Origin: an uncultured Eubacteriales bacterium
GTDB taxonomy: Bacteria; Bacillota; Clostridia; Christensenellales; UMGS416
Length of the DNA stretch: 64,000 nucleotides
Direction: 5' to 3'
NCBI GenBank assembly: GCA_900542005.1
Contig: UQLW01000001.1
Coordinates: 14,160 to 78,159, forward strand
Made by a program: the position numbers and the translations under genes. Position 1 is the stretch's first letter; every line of letters begins with the position of its first letter. Of this stretch, positions 28,383-37,760 are shown in pieces. Under the pieces are notes generated by a model. The model saw only the letters and a list, made by a program, of their open reading frames with translations, did no database searches and was not told the origin of the DNA.

Positions 28383-29402
28383 TTAAGCCTTTTTCCCTGC
28401 AAAGCGGTCCATAAAGGCCATAAAGTCTATCATAAGGCTTACCCGCTCCGGATCGAGCCGGTCCCAGCTGAAGGTGTACCCCGGAAAATAGGGGCACAGC
28501 TTATGGGACGCGCCCCGGTGGGACACGGGCACGGCGGCCAGCGGCCGCCTTCCTGTCTTATCGGTCTGGGCGCAGTACCGGCAGCCGTCGCAGGCCTTCG
28601 TGCGCCCCAGCACGAAATCCTGCAGGCCCTGATCCATGGCGCTGAAGCGTTCCAGGAAAAACTTCAGCCCGCCGGGGATACAGAGCCCCACCGACACGGG
28701 GTTACGGACGCAGATATCATACTGCGCCGCAATACCTGTATGCCGGATCTTATATTCAAAGCCCTGGTTAGGGCGCGCCGCGTCCCATGCCGGATTGGCA
28801 TAGGTCAGGGTCAGCCAGAAATCGACATAATCTGTATGATACAGGTCGTAGGCCCGGTAGCCCTGGGACAGCATCCACGCCTCCAGCTGGCGGAAGGCTC
28901 CGGCGCCCAGCAGCCGACCATAAACTTCGGCCGAGTATACATGGCTTGGGTCAAAGCGGCAATACGCAAAGGCTACGGGGTCAGCCCCGGGCCGGGCAGC
29001 CATCCAGCGCCAGGCCGGAGGCAGGCCTGCCGCATCCCCCACGCCCAGGGCCGATAGGATATGGCGCTGCCTCCGGCTCAGCCTGACCGCCTCGCCCCGG
29101 CCCATTTGGTACATGCACGCCAGCAGGCTGTTGATCGCCCGCCGTCCCTTGCTTACGTTCGCCTGCAGCTCCGGCTTACCATAGCCCGTCTTATACCGGG
29201 TGGGAAAGGCGTCGTCCCCATGCAGCGCCGGCGCGAACAGGGCCGGGTCATCCCTTAAAAGCTGATACAGGCTTTTCATCAGCTCATAAAAGGCCCGCTG
29301 CTCTCCGGCGCTGACCGGAGCGTCCCCGGCGGGAACAAAGGCGGGGAACTGCTCCAGATAACCGGCGGCGATGCGCTGCTCCAGGCTTGAACAGGTCGTC
29401 AT
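28383..29402 (-). CDS. hypothetical protein with a C-terminal CxxCxxC...CP cysteine cluster (possible Fe-S site)
   Basis: 339 aa from MTTCSSLEQ, with GAGAGGAG SD. KACDGCRYCAQ...HKLCPYFPG. I recognise no family. Only 21 nt separate it from the nitroreductase start. Confidence 0.6.
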   Translation of the reverse strand: MTTCSSLEQRIAAGYLEQFPAFVPAGDAPVSAGEQRAFYELMKSLYQLLRDDPALFAPALHGDDAFPTRYKTGYGKPELQANVSKGRRAINSLLACMYQMGRGEAVRLSRRQRHILSALGVGDAAGLPPAWRWMAARPGADPVAFAYCRFDPSHVYSAEVYGRLLGAGAFRQLEAWMLSQGYRAYDLYHTDYVDFWLTLTYANPAWDAARPNQGFEYKIRHTGIAAQYDICVRNPVSVGLCIPGGLKFFLERFSAMDQGLQDFVLGRTKACDGCRYCAQTDKTGRRPLAAVPVSHRGASHKLCPYFPGYTFSWDRLDPERVSLMIDFMAFMDRFAGKKA

Positions 29403-29446
29403 CTGCGGATTTCTCCTCTCTGCTATGGGATGGGGCTTGGGCGGCT

Positions 29447-29480
29447 TAAAAGGCCCGCCCGGCAAAGCAGCCGGCAGGCC
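29447..29480 (-). terminator. terminator after csoR
   Basis: Minus-strand GGCCTGCC...GGCGGGCC hairpin followed by TTTT. Confidence 0.45.
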
Positions 29481-29489
29481 TTCTATCGC

Positions 29490-29780
29490 TTATTTGGTCA
29501 TCGAATCCATCAGATCCAGGATCTCCTGAATCTTGGCTTCCTCCTCGGCGCGGTTGCCTGCGGCGAAGGCAGCCGCTACGCAGCCCTCCATGTGCCCCTT
29601 CAGGATCTCCCGGTTCGCCTTGCGAAGGATCGCCTGGGCGGCCAGGATCTGGTTGGCGATGTCCATACAGTATTTGCCCTCGTCCATCATCTTCAGCACG
29701 CCGTCAATCTGGCCGCGGGCCGTCTTCAGCAGCCGTTCGATGGCGGCCCGGTCTGTCTTGGCGCTCAGCTGCTTAGTCAA
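29490..29780 (-). CDS. csoR: CsoR-family copper-sensing transcriptional repressor
   Basis: 96 aa. [30 protein letters not shown]...GHMEGC (C-H-C ligand pattern). The start overlaps the copA stop by 8 nt. Confidence 0.9.
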   Translation of the reverse strand: MTKQLSAKTDRAAIERLLKTARGQIDGVLKMMDEGKYCMDIANQILAAQAILRKANREILKGHMEGCVAAAFAAGNRAEEEAKIQEILDLMDSMTK

Positions 29781-32325
29781 GGGAGGCTACCTCGTATCCG
29801 GCTTCCACCACCGCCGCCTTCAGCTGCTCGTCCGTGACCGCGCCTGTTGTTTCAATCGCCGCTGTCTTGCTTTCCAGATCTACCGTGGCCTTCACGCCCT
29901 CCAGGGCGTTCAGCGCCTTTTCCACGCGGGCCGAACAGTGGCCGCAGGACATACCTTCCACAATCATGGTCTTTTTCATGTTTTTTTCTCCTTCCAGTTT
30001 TTGCGTTACCGTCTCCAGGGAATCCTCCCGGCCCGCTGGGGAAGCGGCGGGAAATTTAGGCTTGAACAGCTTCAGCCGCAGGGCGTTGCTCACCACGCAT
30101 ACCGAGCTCAGGCTCATCGCGGCTGCGCCGAACATAGGGTTCAGCTTCCAGCCCAGCAGCCCGTAAAACACGCCGGCTGCCAGCGGGATACCGACAGAGT
30201 TATAGAAGAAGGCCCAGAACAGGTTCTGCTTGATGTTCCGGATGGTGGCCCGGGACAGCTGAACCGCCGTGACCGCGTCCATCAGGTCGCTCTTCATCAG
30301 CACAATATCCGCAGACTCAATGGCCACATCGGTGCCAGCGCCGATGGCGATACCCACGTCGGCCCGCGCCAGGGCCGGGGCGTCGTTGATGCCGTCTCCG
30401 ATCATCGCCACCTTATGGCCTTCGGCCTGCAGGCGGCGCACCTCCTCCTCCTTATCCTGGGGCATGACCTCCGCCACCACGCGGCTGATGCCCATGCGCC
30501 GCTGGATTGCGGCGGCCGTCGCCTTGTTGTCCCCCGTCAGCATGACGACCTTCATCCCCATGGCCTTCATGGCGTCAATGGCGGCGCGGCTGGTGGGCTT
30601 TACTTCATCCTCCAGGGCGATTAACCCCAGCATACGCCCCTCACGGCTAAAGTACAAGGGGGTTTTCCCCTGATTGGCCCATTCGGCCGCCGCGCTGTCA
30701 AGGCCCTCCAGGGGCACGCCGGCCTCGCGCATCATCTTCAGGTTCCCAGCCAGGATACGCTGGCCGTCCACCACCGCCGATACGCCCTGGCCGGCCGTAG
30801 CGGCAAATTCCGCCGCATCCCGCAGGGGCAGGCCCTCCTGCTTTGCCCGCTCCACGATCGCCACAGCCAGCGGGTGCTCCGAGCGCGCCTCCACCGACGC
30901 CGCCAGGGTCATGAGCTCTGCGGGATCGACGCCGCCAGCCGGCATCAGGCCGGTCACAGCGGGACGGCCCATCGTAACGGTACCCGTCTTATCCAGCACC
31001 ACCGTATCCACCTGATGGGCGACCTCCAGGCTTTCGGCCGATTTAATAAGGATCCCGTTTTCCGCGCCCTTGCCCGTGCCCACCATGATGGCCGTGGGCG
31101 TGGCCAGCCCCAGCGCGCAGGGGCAGGAGATGACCAGCACGGCGATGCCGATGGACAGCGCGAAGTCAACCGGATAGCCCAGCAGCAGCCATACGGCCGC
31201 CGCCACGATAGCGATGGCGATCACGGTGGGCACGAAGATGCCGCTGACCCTGTCGGCCAGCTTGGCGATGGGCGCCTTGGAGCTGTTGGCCTCCTCCACC
31301 AGGCGGATAATCTGGGCCAGCGTGGTATCATCACCCACCTTGGAGGCCCGGAAGGTGAAATAGCCTGAGCGGTTGACCGTCGCGCCGATCACCCTATCGC
31401 CGGGGCCCTTCTCTACCGGGATGCTCTCGCCGGTCAGGGCCGACTCATCCACCGCCGAGCTGCCCTCCAGCACCACGCCGTCCACCGGCACGCTTTGGCC
31501 GGGGCGCACCACCACGGTATCGCCTACCTGCACCTGGTCCAGCGGGATGGAAACCTCTTCCCCCTCCCGGAGGACCACCGCTGTCTTGGGCGCCAGGTTC
31601 ATAAGCTTGCTAATGGCGTCGGAGGTGCGGCCCTTGGAGCGCGCCTCCAGGTATTTGCCCACGGTGATCAGCGTCACGATGGTGCCGGCCGACTCAAAAT
31701 ACAGATCCATGCTGTACTGCTCCACCAGCTGCATATCGCCATGGCCCAGGCCCCAGCCGATGGCATAAATGGCTACCAGCCCATAGACAACCGCCGCCGA
31801 GGAACCGATAGCAATCAGCGAATCCATGTTGGGCGCGCCGCGCAGCAGCGTCTTGAAGCCCACCTGGTAATATTTCCGGTTTACATACAAAATCGGCAGC
31901 GTCAGCAAAAGCTGCGTGAAGGCCAAGGTAACGGCGTTGGCCGCGCCATGGAAAAATCCCGGCAGCGGCAGGCCCATCATATGCCCCATGGAGATGTACA
32001 TCAGCGGGATCAGAAATGCGATGCTGACCCACAGCCTCCGGCGCATGGACGCCAACTCCTGGTCCAGGGCGCCGCTCTGCCGGCGCGCCTCCTTGGCCTT
32101 GCCCTGGCTGGCCGGCTCCAGCGGGCAGGCGCCATAGCCCGCCTTCTCCACCGCCTCCATGATCGCCGCCTCCGTGAGGGCTTTATCGTCATACTCCACC
32201 TGCATCCGGTTTTGGAGCAGGTTGACCGACACCTCCGCCACCCCCTGGAGCTTGCGCACGCTTTTTTCCACATGGGAGCTGCAGGCCGAGCAGGTCATAC
32301 CGGTTACTTCAAAGCTCTTCTTCAT
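29773..32325 (-). CDS. copA: copper-translocating P1B-type ATPase with one N-terminal and one C-terminal HMA domain
   Basis: 850 aa from [19 protein letters not shown], with AGGAGG SD. CPC ([12 protein letters not shown]), [13 protein letters not shown]. The last 68 aa, [19 protein letters not shown]..., form a CopZ-like domain. Confidence 0.93.
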   Translation of the reverse strand: MKKSFEVTGMTCSACSSHVEKSVRKLQGVAEVSVNLLQNRMQVEYDDKALTEAAIMEAVEKAGYGACPLEPASQGKAKEARRQSGALDQELASMRRRLWVSIAFLIPLMYISMGHMMGLPLPGFFHGAANAVTLAFTQLLLTLPILYVNRKYYQVGFKTLLRGAPNMDSLIAIGSSAAVVYGLVAIYAIGWGLGHGDMQLVEQYSMDLYFESAGTIVTLITVGKYLEARSKGRTSDAISKLMNLAPKTAVVLREGEEVSIPLDQVQVGDTVVVRPGQSVPVDGVVLEGSSAVDESALTGESIPVEKGPGDRVIGATVNRSGYFTFRASKVGDDTTLAQIIRLVEEANSSKAPIAKLADRVSGIFVPTVIAIAIVAAAVWLLLGYPVDFALSIGIAVLVISCPCALGLATPTAIMVGTGKGAENGILIKSAESLEVAHQVDTVVLDKTGTVTMGRPAVTGLMPAGGVDPAELMTLAASVEARSEHPLAVAIVERAKQEGLPLRDAAEFAATAGQGVSAVVDGQRILAGNLKMMREAGVPLEGLDSAAAEWANQGKTPLYFSREGRMLGLIALEDEVKPTSRAAIDAMKAMGMKVVMLTGDNKATAAAIQRRMGISRVVAEVMPQDKEEEVRRLQAEGHKVAMIGDGINDAPALARADVGIAIGAGTDVAIESADIVLMKSDLMDAVTAVQLSRATIRNIKQNLFWAFFYNSVGIPLAAGVFYGLLGWKLNPMFGAAAMSLSSVCVVSNALRLKLFKPKFPAASPAGREDSLETVTQKLEGEKNMKKTMIVEGMSCGHCSARVEKALNALEGVKATVDLESKTAAIETTGAVTDEQLKAAVVEAGYEVASLD

Positions 32326-32335
32326 GTTGCCTCCT

Positions 32336-32357
32336 ATACCCCACCCCTGGGGGGTGT
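32336..32357. promoter_or_regulatory. putative CsoR operator
   Basis: GC-rich pseudo-palindrome ATACCCCACCCCTGGGGGGTGT between the -10 box and the copA SD. It resembles TACCC-N-GGGGGTA-type CsoR boxes. Confidence 0.55.
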
Positions 32358-32361
32358 CTTT

Positions 32362-32390
32362 ATTGTATCGCTGGCGCGCCGCTCTGTCAA
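32362..32390 (-). promoter_or_regulatory. copA-csoR promoter
   Basis: Minus strand: TTGACA (32385-32390), 17-nt spacer, TACAAT (32362-32367). Confidence 0.65.
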
Positions 32391-32406
32391 GAGCCGGTTT
32401 GCGCCA

Positions 32407-32434
32407 TTGCAATTTTTCCCCGATTGGTTATAAT
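32407..32434 (+). promoter_or_regulatory. promoter of the PAP2 gene
   Basis: TTGCAA (32407-32412), 16-nt spacer, TATAAT (32429-32434). Confidence 0.5.
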
Positions 32435-32469
32435 AAATCCAGGCATTACCCGAAAAAAGGACGGTTTCC

Positions 32470-32964
32470 ATGAAAAAAAACCAGTATGCCGCTTTAATGG
32501 CCTTCTATGCTGCGCGGCCGGCACGGCGGCGGCTTCTTTGCAGCCTGTGCCGGGGCCTGCCCCTGCTGGTGGCGGCCGTGTATTGTATGATGGTGGCGGT
32601 TCTTTTTTGGACCCGGAGGGCTGTACCCTGGGATCTCATTGGCTATCCGGCGCTCACGCTCGGGGCGGTAGAGGTGCTCCGCCATCTTTTCCCACGCGAG
32701 CGGCCCTACACCCGTTACGGCTTTGAGCCGCTGATCGGCCATGGCCGCAGCAGCTCCTTTCCCAGCCGCCACAGCGCCAGCGCGGCCATCATCGCGCTGG
32801 CCGCCGGCAGCCTGGCCCCTTCCCTGGGCTTTGCCCTGGGGGGCGCCGCGCTGCTCATCGGCGCGACCCGCGTGCTGGCGGGCGTCCATTTCCCCCGCGA
32901 TATCGCGGCGGGCTTTCTGCTGGCCTTGGCCATCGGGCTGCCCGGCTTTCATTTTTTCCTATAG
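32470..32964 (+). CDS. PAP2-family membrane phosphatase
   Basis: 164 aa. SFPSRHS and GVHFPRD motifs, with 4 TM segments. Confidence 0.85.
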   Translation: MKKNQYAALMAFYAARPARRRLLCSLCRGLPLLVAAVYCMMVAVLFWTRRAVPWDLIGYPALTLGAVEVLRHLFPRERPYTRYGFEPLIGHGRSSSFPSRHSASAAIIALAAGSLAPSLGFALGGAALLIGATRVLAGVHFPRDIAAGFLLALAIGLPGFHFFL

Positions 32965-32994
32965 CCCAGGATCGGACCGGACAAGGAGGAAGCG

Positions 32995-34254
32995 ATGACC
33001 AAAAAGCGGTTCAGCCGCATTGCGCTGGCGGTTTGTCTGCTGATGTGCGTAGCAGCCGTCCTACTGGCGACGCCGGAGGCGGCCAAGCCCACGCCGCCCC
33101 TCCAGCGGGGGCGGCCCAGCGATACCGCCCAGACCGCAGCATCTACCCCCTGCGCCACCACGGTTACCGCCGCGGCAGAGCCAGCCGCGCCGCAAAATTA
33201 TACGGCTGTAATCGCCAGCACCGGCGACCTGATGTGCCACCTGAAAAATCTCAAGGCCGGCTATGACGCCCAAAGCGGCAGCTTTGATTTTACCCGCTTT
33301 TTTCGTCTGGTGAAGCCCTATCTCTCCCAGGCCGACTATACGCTGGGCAACCTGGAAACTACCCTGGCCGAGGGCGACAGCCTGGAGGATTTCAGCGGCT
33401 TTCCCCTTTTCAAAACGCCGGACGCCTTTGCCGAGGCCCTGGAGGACGCTGGTTTTGACCTTTTGACCACCGCCAACAACCATATGCTGGATAACGGCTT
33501 TACCGGCCTTTCCCGCACCCTGGACGTGCTGGATCAGCTGGGCCTGGCGCACACCGGCTCCGCCCGCACCCAGCAGGAGGCCCAGCAATATACCCTTGTG
33601 GACATTCAGGGGATCCGCTTCGGCTTTCTGGCCTACACCTATCCCATCAGCATTAAACGCACCCCGGCGGAGATGAAGAGCGCCGCCCTTAACCTCTTCG
33701 ACCTGGAAAAGGCGAAGGCGGATATCGCCGCTATCCGCGCCAGCGGCGCAGAGGTGGTGCTGGTCAGCCTCCACTGGGGCCCGCAGGAGAACAATCCTGA
33801 ACCTTCCCATGATTTCCGCCAGGCGGTGGAATCGCTGCTCGAGGCCGGGGCCGACGGGATCCTGGGGCATCACCCCCATGTACTGCAGCCCATGGAATGG
33901 GTGGAGGTAGAGCGCGGCGGCGAGACTGTACGCTGCCCGGTGCTCTACTCGCAGGGGAATTTCCACTGCAACCCCGCCAACGAGGGCAACGCTGAAAGCT
34001 GCATCAGCTATCTGACCTTTGAGAAGGATGGGGCAACCGGCCGCGTCCTCTGCACGGATATGGCCGCCCTCCCCGTCTATATTTACCGCATTAAGACCGA
34101 TCCCCGGGATTTTGTGCTTATCCCCATCGGGCTGGCCCTGGATAACGCCTCCGTATATGATGAACTGGGCCTGGATAACCGCAAAACCCTCCAGCGCGGC
34201 TGGACGCATATTCTGGCCAGCCTTGGCGACCAGGTGCGCATCATCCGCCAGTGA
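32995..34254 (+). CDS. CapA-family (PGA_cap) metallophosphatase-like protein, N-terminally anchored
   Basis: 419 aa. STGDLMCH, TANNHMLDNG, SLHWGPQE, GHHPHVLQP. Confidence 0.85.
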   Translation: MTKKRFSRIALAVCLLMCVAAVLLATPEAAKPTPPLQRGRPSDTAQTAASTPCATTVTAAAEPAAPQNYTAVIASTGDLMCHLKNLKAGYDAQSGSFDFTRFFRLVKPYLSQADYTLGNLETTLAEGDSLEDFSGFPLFKTPDAFAEALEDAGFDLLTTANNHMLDNGFTGLSRTLDVLDQLGLAHTGSARTQQEAQQYTLVDIQGIRFGFLAYTYPISIKRTPAEMKSAALNLFDLEKAKADIAAIRASGAEVVLVSLHWGPQENNPEPSHDFRQAVESLLEAGADGILGHHPHVLQPMEWVEVERGGETVRCPVLYSQGNFHCNPANEGNAESCISYLTFEKDGATGRVLCTDMAALPVYIYRIKTDPRDFVLIPIGLALDNASVYDELGLDNRKTLQRGWTHILASLGDQVRIIRQ

Positions 34255-34372
34255 ACCCAACCAAATCAGCGTCCCTTCCCGGGCGCTTTTTCTTTACCTT
34301 CCGCAGTGAAAAGGCGCGAAATACGATGAAATCGAAAGGATACGCAAGATATAGCGAGAGACAGCGCATTGG

Positions 34373-34409
34373 TTTGACCTTTGTTGACCAATACTGACTT
34401 TCTTTGACT
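34373..34409. promoter_or_regulatory. two tandem CtsR-like operators
   Basis: TTTGACC-TTT-GTTGACC (34373-34389) and ACTGACT-TTC-TTTGACT (34393-34409). These are the reverse complement of the GGTCAAA-NAN-GGTCAAA direct-repeat consensus. Confidence 0.55.
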
Positions 34410-34438
34410 TTGATCTTTCCTGACCTTTACGGTATACT
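34410..34438 (+). promoter_or_regulatory. hsp20 promoter
   Basis: TTGATC (34410-34415), 17-nt spacer, TATACT (34433-34438). Confidence 0.5.
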
Positions 34439-34518
34439 GTAGGCACAGTCAAGGGAAGGAGCCGGCAGAAAGGCTCCGGTCCCCGGACAAAAAAATATCG
34501 TTCAGGAGGTTGCTTGTT

Positions 34519-34968
34519 ATGTCAATGAATTTGGTTCCTTTCCGCCGTCGTCATTCCCTTTCCCATCCGGCAGCCACCAGCCTGTTTGATGATGAATTCT
34601 TCCGCCCCTTCTTCGACATGGGCGAGCTGCTTGGCTCCTCCGGCTTCCGGGTAGACATCAAGGATAAAAAGGATCACTACGAGCTGGACGCCGAGCTGCC
34701 CGGCGTAAACCAGGAGCAGATTGAGCTGACCTGCGATAAGGGCGTACTCACCATTTCGGCCAACATAAACGCTGAAACCCGCGAGGAGCAAAAGGATTAC
34801 ATTTATTCGGAGCGCCGCATGGGCCGCTTCCAGCGTTCCTTTGACCTGGAAGGCGTCCGGGAGGAGGACATCACCGCCCGCTATCACGACGGCGTCCTGA
34901 CCGTGAACCTGCCCAAAAAGGAGGACGCCAAAGAGGTCTGCGCCCGGCGCATCCCCATCGGGGAATAA
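34519..34968 (+). CDS. Hsp20/alpha-crystallin small heat-shock protein
   Basis: 149 aa from ATG 34519, with GGAGG 9 nt upstream. VDIKDKKDHYELDAELPGV...GVLTISA...DGVLTVNLPK. Confidence 0.92.
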   Translation: MSMNLVPFRRRHSLSHPAATSLFDDEFFRPFFDMGELLGSSGFRVDIKDKKDHYELDAELPGVNQEQIELTCDKGVLTISANINAETREEQKDYIYSERRMGRFQRSFDLEGVREEDITARYHDGVLTVNLPKKEDAKEVCARRIPIGE

Positions 34969-35007
34969 GCCCTCATCCGTCTCCTTCTCCCCTTTTAATG
35001 TATGAAA

Positions 35008-35047
35008 GCCAGCCGCCCGGCAAAAGCCGGGCGGCTGGCTTTTGTTC
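35008..35047 (+). terminator. Rho-independent terminator
   Basis: Perfect 14-bp stem GCCAGCCGCCCGGC/GCCGGGCGGCTGGC, AAAA loop, then TTTTGTTCTT. Confidence 0.85.
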
Positions 35048-35113
35048 TTCGCCTGGTTTTCCTGAAAAGGCAACGCCTTTGCCTACTGCTCCTTTACCCT
35101 CGGGAAAAGCCGC

Positions 35114-35142
35114 TTGACAAGTACAGCGTTAAAGTGTACTAT
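35114..35142 (+). promoter_or_regulatory. promoter of the hydrolase-vanZ-SH3 gene string
   Basis: TTGACA (35114-35119), 17-nt spacer, TACTAT (35137-35142). Confidence 0.6.
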
Positions 35143-35213
35143 GCATAATAGTACGGTTAGTACGCAAAACACAATGCCCCATAGACCCGTCCCCCATGAA
35201 AGGATAAAATCAT

Positions 35214-36128
35214 ATGATCGAATTATGGATACCTGCCGCGGCGCTTTTCTTAACGCTGCTGCCTTGCCTGATCGTGGATCAGGTGATCCGCCTGATGGCC
35301 TGCCGCCAGCGCCGCGAAAGCATGCGCACGCTGGAGCGTCTGGTCCGTCAGGGCGACCTGCCGGAAGCTGTGCCTCCCGCAGAGACAGTAACCCTCCTTA
35401 ACCGCGACGGGAACCGGCTTACCGGCCGGCTGCTATCCGAAGGGCCCGTACGCCGCCTGGTCATCTTCACCCATGGCCTCAACGCCAGCGGTGCCAGCGG
35501 CCTTCCCTTCTGGCCTCTGCTTCGCTCCATGGGCTATGCCCTGCTGCTGGCCGATGGCCGGGGCCATGGCGGCAGCCAGGGCCGGTATACCACCTATGGC
35601 TATTATGAACGGGAAGATCTGGCCTGTTGGGTAAGCTATGCCCGGCAGCGCTGGGGAAGCAGCCTGCCCATTGGTTTGATGGGGCAGTCCATGGGGGCCG
35701 CTACCGCCATGGAATACGCAGCCGTGGATCCCGCCATCCGCTTCGTCATCGCTGATTCCGGCTTTACCCGGGCCTGCGACGTGCTGAAATTCCGGCTGCG
35801 CAGCGCCCGTTGCTGCCCTAATGCGCTGTACCGCCTTATCCGCGCCCGGCTTTGGGCGCTGTGCCGCTTTCCCTTAGAGCAGCTCAACCCCGTGGAGGAT
35901 ATCCCGCTGGCGGAGGCGCCCATGCTTTTTATCCGCGGCGGCCGTGACCGGATCGTACCGCCGGAGATGTCTGCGCTGCTGCTTCAGGCCCGGCATCACC
36001 CTGCCGACCGGCTCTACGAGGTGCCCTGGGCCGCCCATGTGGGCTGCTACCACGCTTCACCTCAGGCCTATCTTCATGAGCTGCGCCGGTTTATCCAATC
36101 CGCTGAGTCCGGCCGCCTGGCGGGATAG
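35214..36128 (+). CDS. alpha/beta-fold hydrolase with an N-terminal membrane anchor
   Basis: 304 aa. GQSMGAAT nucleophile elbow, and a C-terminal His region (AAHVGCY). Confidence 0.8.
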   Translation: MIELWIPAAALFLTLLPCLIVDQVIRLMACRQRRESMRTLERLVRQGDLPEAVPPAETVTLLNRDGNRLTGRLLSEGPVRRLVIFTHGLNASGASGLPFWPLLRSMGYALLLADGRGHGGSQGRYTTYGYYEREDLACWVSYARQRWGSSLPIGLMGQSMGAATAMEYAAVDPAIRFVIADSGFTRACDVLKFRLRSARCCPNALYRLIRARLWALCRFPLEQLNPVEDIPLAEAPMLFIRGGRDRIVPPEMSALLLQARHHPADRLYEVPWAAHVGCYHASPQAYLHELRRFIQSAESGRLAG

Positions 36129-36156
36129 GCGAATCCCCCCATGGAGGAATATACCG

Positions 36157-36708
36157 ATGATTTTAGGCTACCTGGTTCTTCTGTTCCCGCTGGCTGCCCT
36201 TGTGTCGCTGATTTGTTATCTGCCCTATTGCCTGCTTCGCCGCCGGCAGGGCATCCGTGTCCCGCTGGTCCGCCATCTGGTTTGTTACGCCCTGATCGGG
36301 GTCATCTGGAGCATCCTCTTTGTCACCCTGCTAATCGGCGGCGTCACCCTTCAGCCCGGCTACCGCCTGCTGAACCTGACGCCCTTCGTCTGGCTGCGGG
36401 AAACCTATGCCATGGGCTTTGCGCAAATGGTCCAACAGCTGGCCATGAATGTGGCCATGCTCATCCCCATGGGCTTGCTGCTTCCGGCCGCTTGCCGCCG
36501 GATGCGCGTCTGGTGGAGGACCGCAGCCGCCATTGCCCTATTTATGCTGGCGGTGGAAACGATCCAATACTTTATCGGACGGTCGGCCGACATCGACGAC
36601 CTCATCATGAATACCGCCGGCGGGATCATCGGGTATGGCCTTTTCTGGCTAGCCGGCCGCGGCTTCGCTGGACGGCGCTGGTTTAGGGATGCCCTTGGGG
36701 AACCCTAG
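36157..36708 (+). CDS. VanZ-family membrane protein
   Basis: 183 aa from MILGYLVLLF, with GGAGG 8 nt upstream. NVAMLIPMG and VETIQYFIGRSADIDDLIMNTAG motifs. Confidence 0.8.
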   Translation: MILGYLVLLFPLAALVSLICYLPYCLLRRRQGIRVPLVRHLVCYALIGVIWSILFVTLLIGGVTLQPGYRLLNLTPFVWLRETYAMGFAQMVQQLAMNVAMLIPMGLLLPAACRRMRVWWRTAAAIALFMLAVETIQYFIGRSADIDDLIMNTAGGIIGYGLFWLAGRGFAGRRWFRDALGEP

Positions 36709-36801
36709 CCGCCGGGCCATCGCCACCGGCTTTCCTTGCTCCATCCGGTGTGCTATACTACCTATGGAAGATATGGAGGAAAGCAAAGGAGGCGATGCCC
36801 C

Positions 36802-37740
36802 ATGGGCTCCAGACGGCGCCTTGCCGTTGCCTGCCTGCTGGCGCTGGCGCTATTGCTTTCCTGCTGCGCCCGGCCCGCGCCGGCTGAACCCTCCACGCCG
36901 GCCGTAACGCCGCCGGCCGAAGCCCGTCAGCCGGACTCCCCCCTGCCGGATACCTCGCCCATCGGCAGCCTGCGGTCCGTCATCCGCTGCCGTGAGTGGG
37001 TCACCCTGCGCGAGCAGCCCTCCACCTCCGCAAGGGCCCTTACCACCATCCCCCTGGATCAAAGCGTGACCTATATCGGTCCTGCCGGATCGGGCTTCGC
37101 CTATGTGGGCTATCAGGGCTTCAGCGGCTATGTGCTGGAGCAATATCTGGGGCTTGCCCGCACGCCTTACCAGTTAAGGTGGATCGCCATTGAGCCCCAG
37201 GCCCGCCAGGCGTCCAACCTTTTTATCAGTAATTTCACCGAGCTGTCCCTGCCGGGCTGCTTTGAGCCGCAGACGGCTTCGGATTCCGCGCTGATCGGCT
37301 TCGCGGTGGAGCATATCTGCCGCAACCAGCCGGACGCCGTGGAATACGGCCCGTGGCCGGAGGGGGACGCCAGGGTGCCGGGTAACCTTATCGACGCCGT
37401 CCTGGCGGCGTATCTTGATACCGCGCTGCGGGGAGAAGCCGATACGGCGCCCTATATCGCCCGGGATGGATACGCTTACTGGACCGGCGCCGGGGAGCCG
37501 GAAAACGGCGGCTTTGCCTGCGTCACCAGCATGGCCAGCGCTGGCGACGGGCTTTATATGGCGCTTTTCGACGTATATGGAGCCGGCGCAGCCTGGGACA
37601 GCGAGGCGCACCGCCTTACCAGGGCCCAGGCGCGGCAGGCCTATGGCCCGGCCCAATGCCGGGGCATGGCCCTCTTTACGGCAGCCGACCTTGCCGACCG
37701 CAGCGGCTACCGGCTGGTACAGTGCGTCATACAGCGTTAG
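36802..37740 (+). CDS. lipoprotein with an SH3b-like domain and an unassigned C-terminal domain
   Basis: 312 aa from MGSRRRLAVACLLALALLLSCC (lipobox), with AAGGAGG SD. REWVTLREQPSTSARALTTIPLDQSVTY...GYQGFSGYVLEQYL is SH3_3-like. Confidence 0.62.
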   Translation: MGSRRRLAVACLLALALLLSCCARPAPAEPSTPAVTPPAEARQPDSPLPDTSPIGSLRSVIRCREWVTLREQPSTSARALTTIPLDQSVTYIGPAGSGFAYVGYQGFSGYVLEQYLGLARTPYQLRWIAIEPQARQASNLFISNFTELSLPGCFEPQTASDSALIGFAVEHICRNQPDAVEYGPWPEGDARVPGNLIDAVLAAYLDTALRGEADTAPYIARDGYAYWTGAGEPENGGFACVTSMASAGDGLYMALFDVYGAGAAWDSEAHRLTRAQARQAYGPAQCRGMALFTAADLADRSGYRLVQCVIQR

Positions 37741-37760
37741 CCGCATCAAGCGACCGTTAA

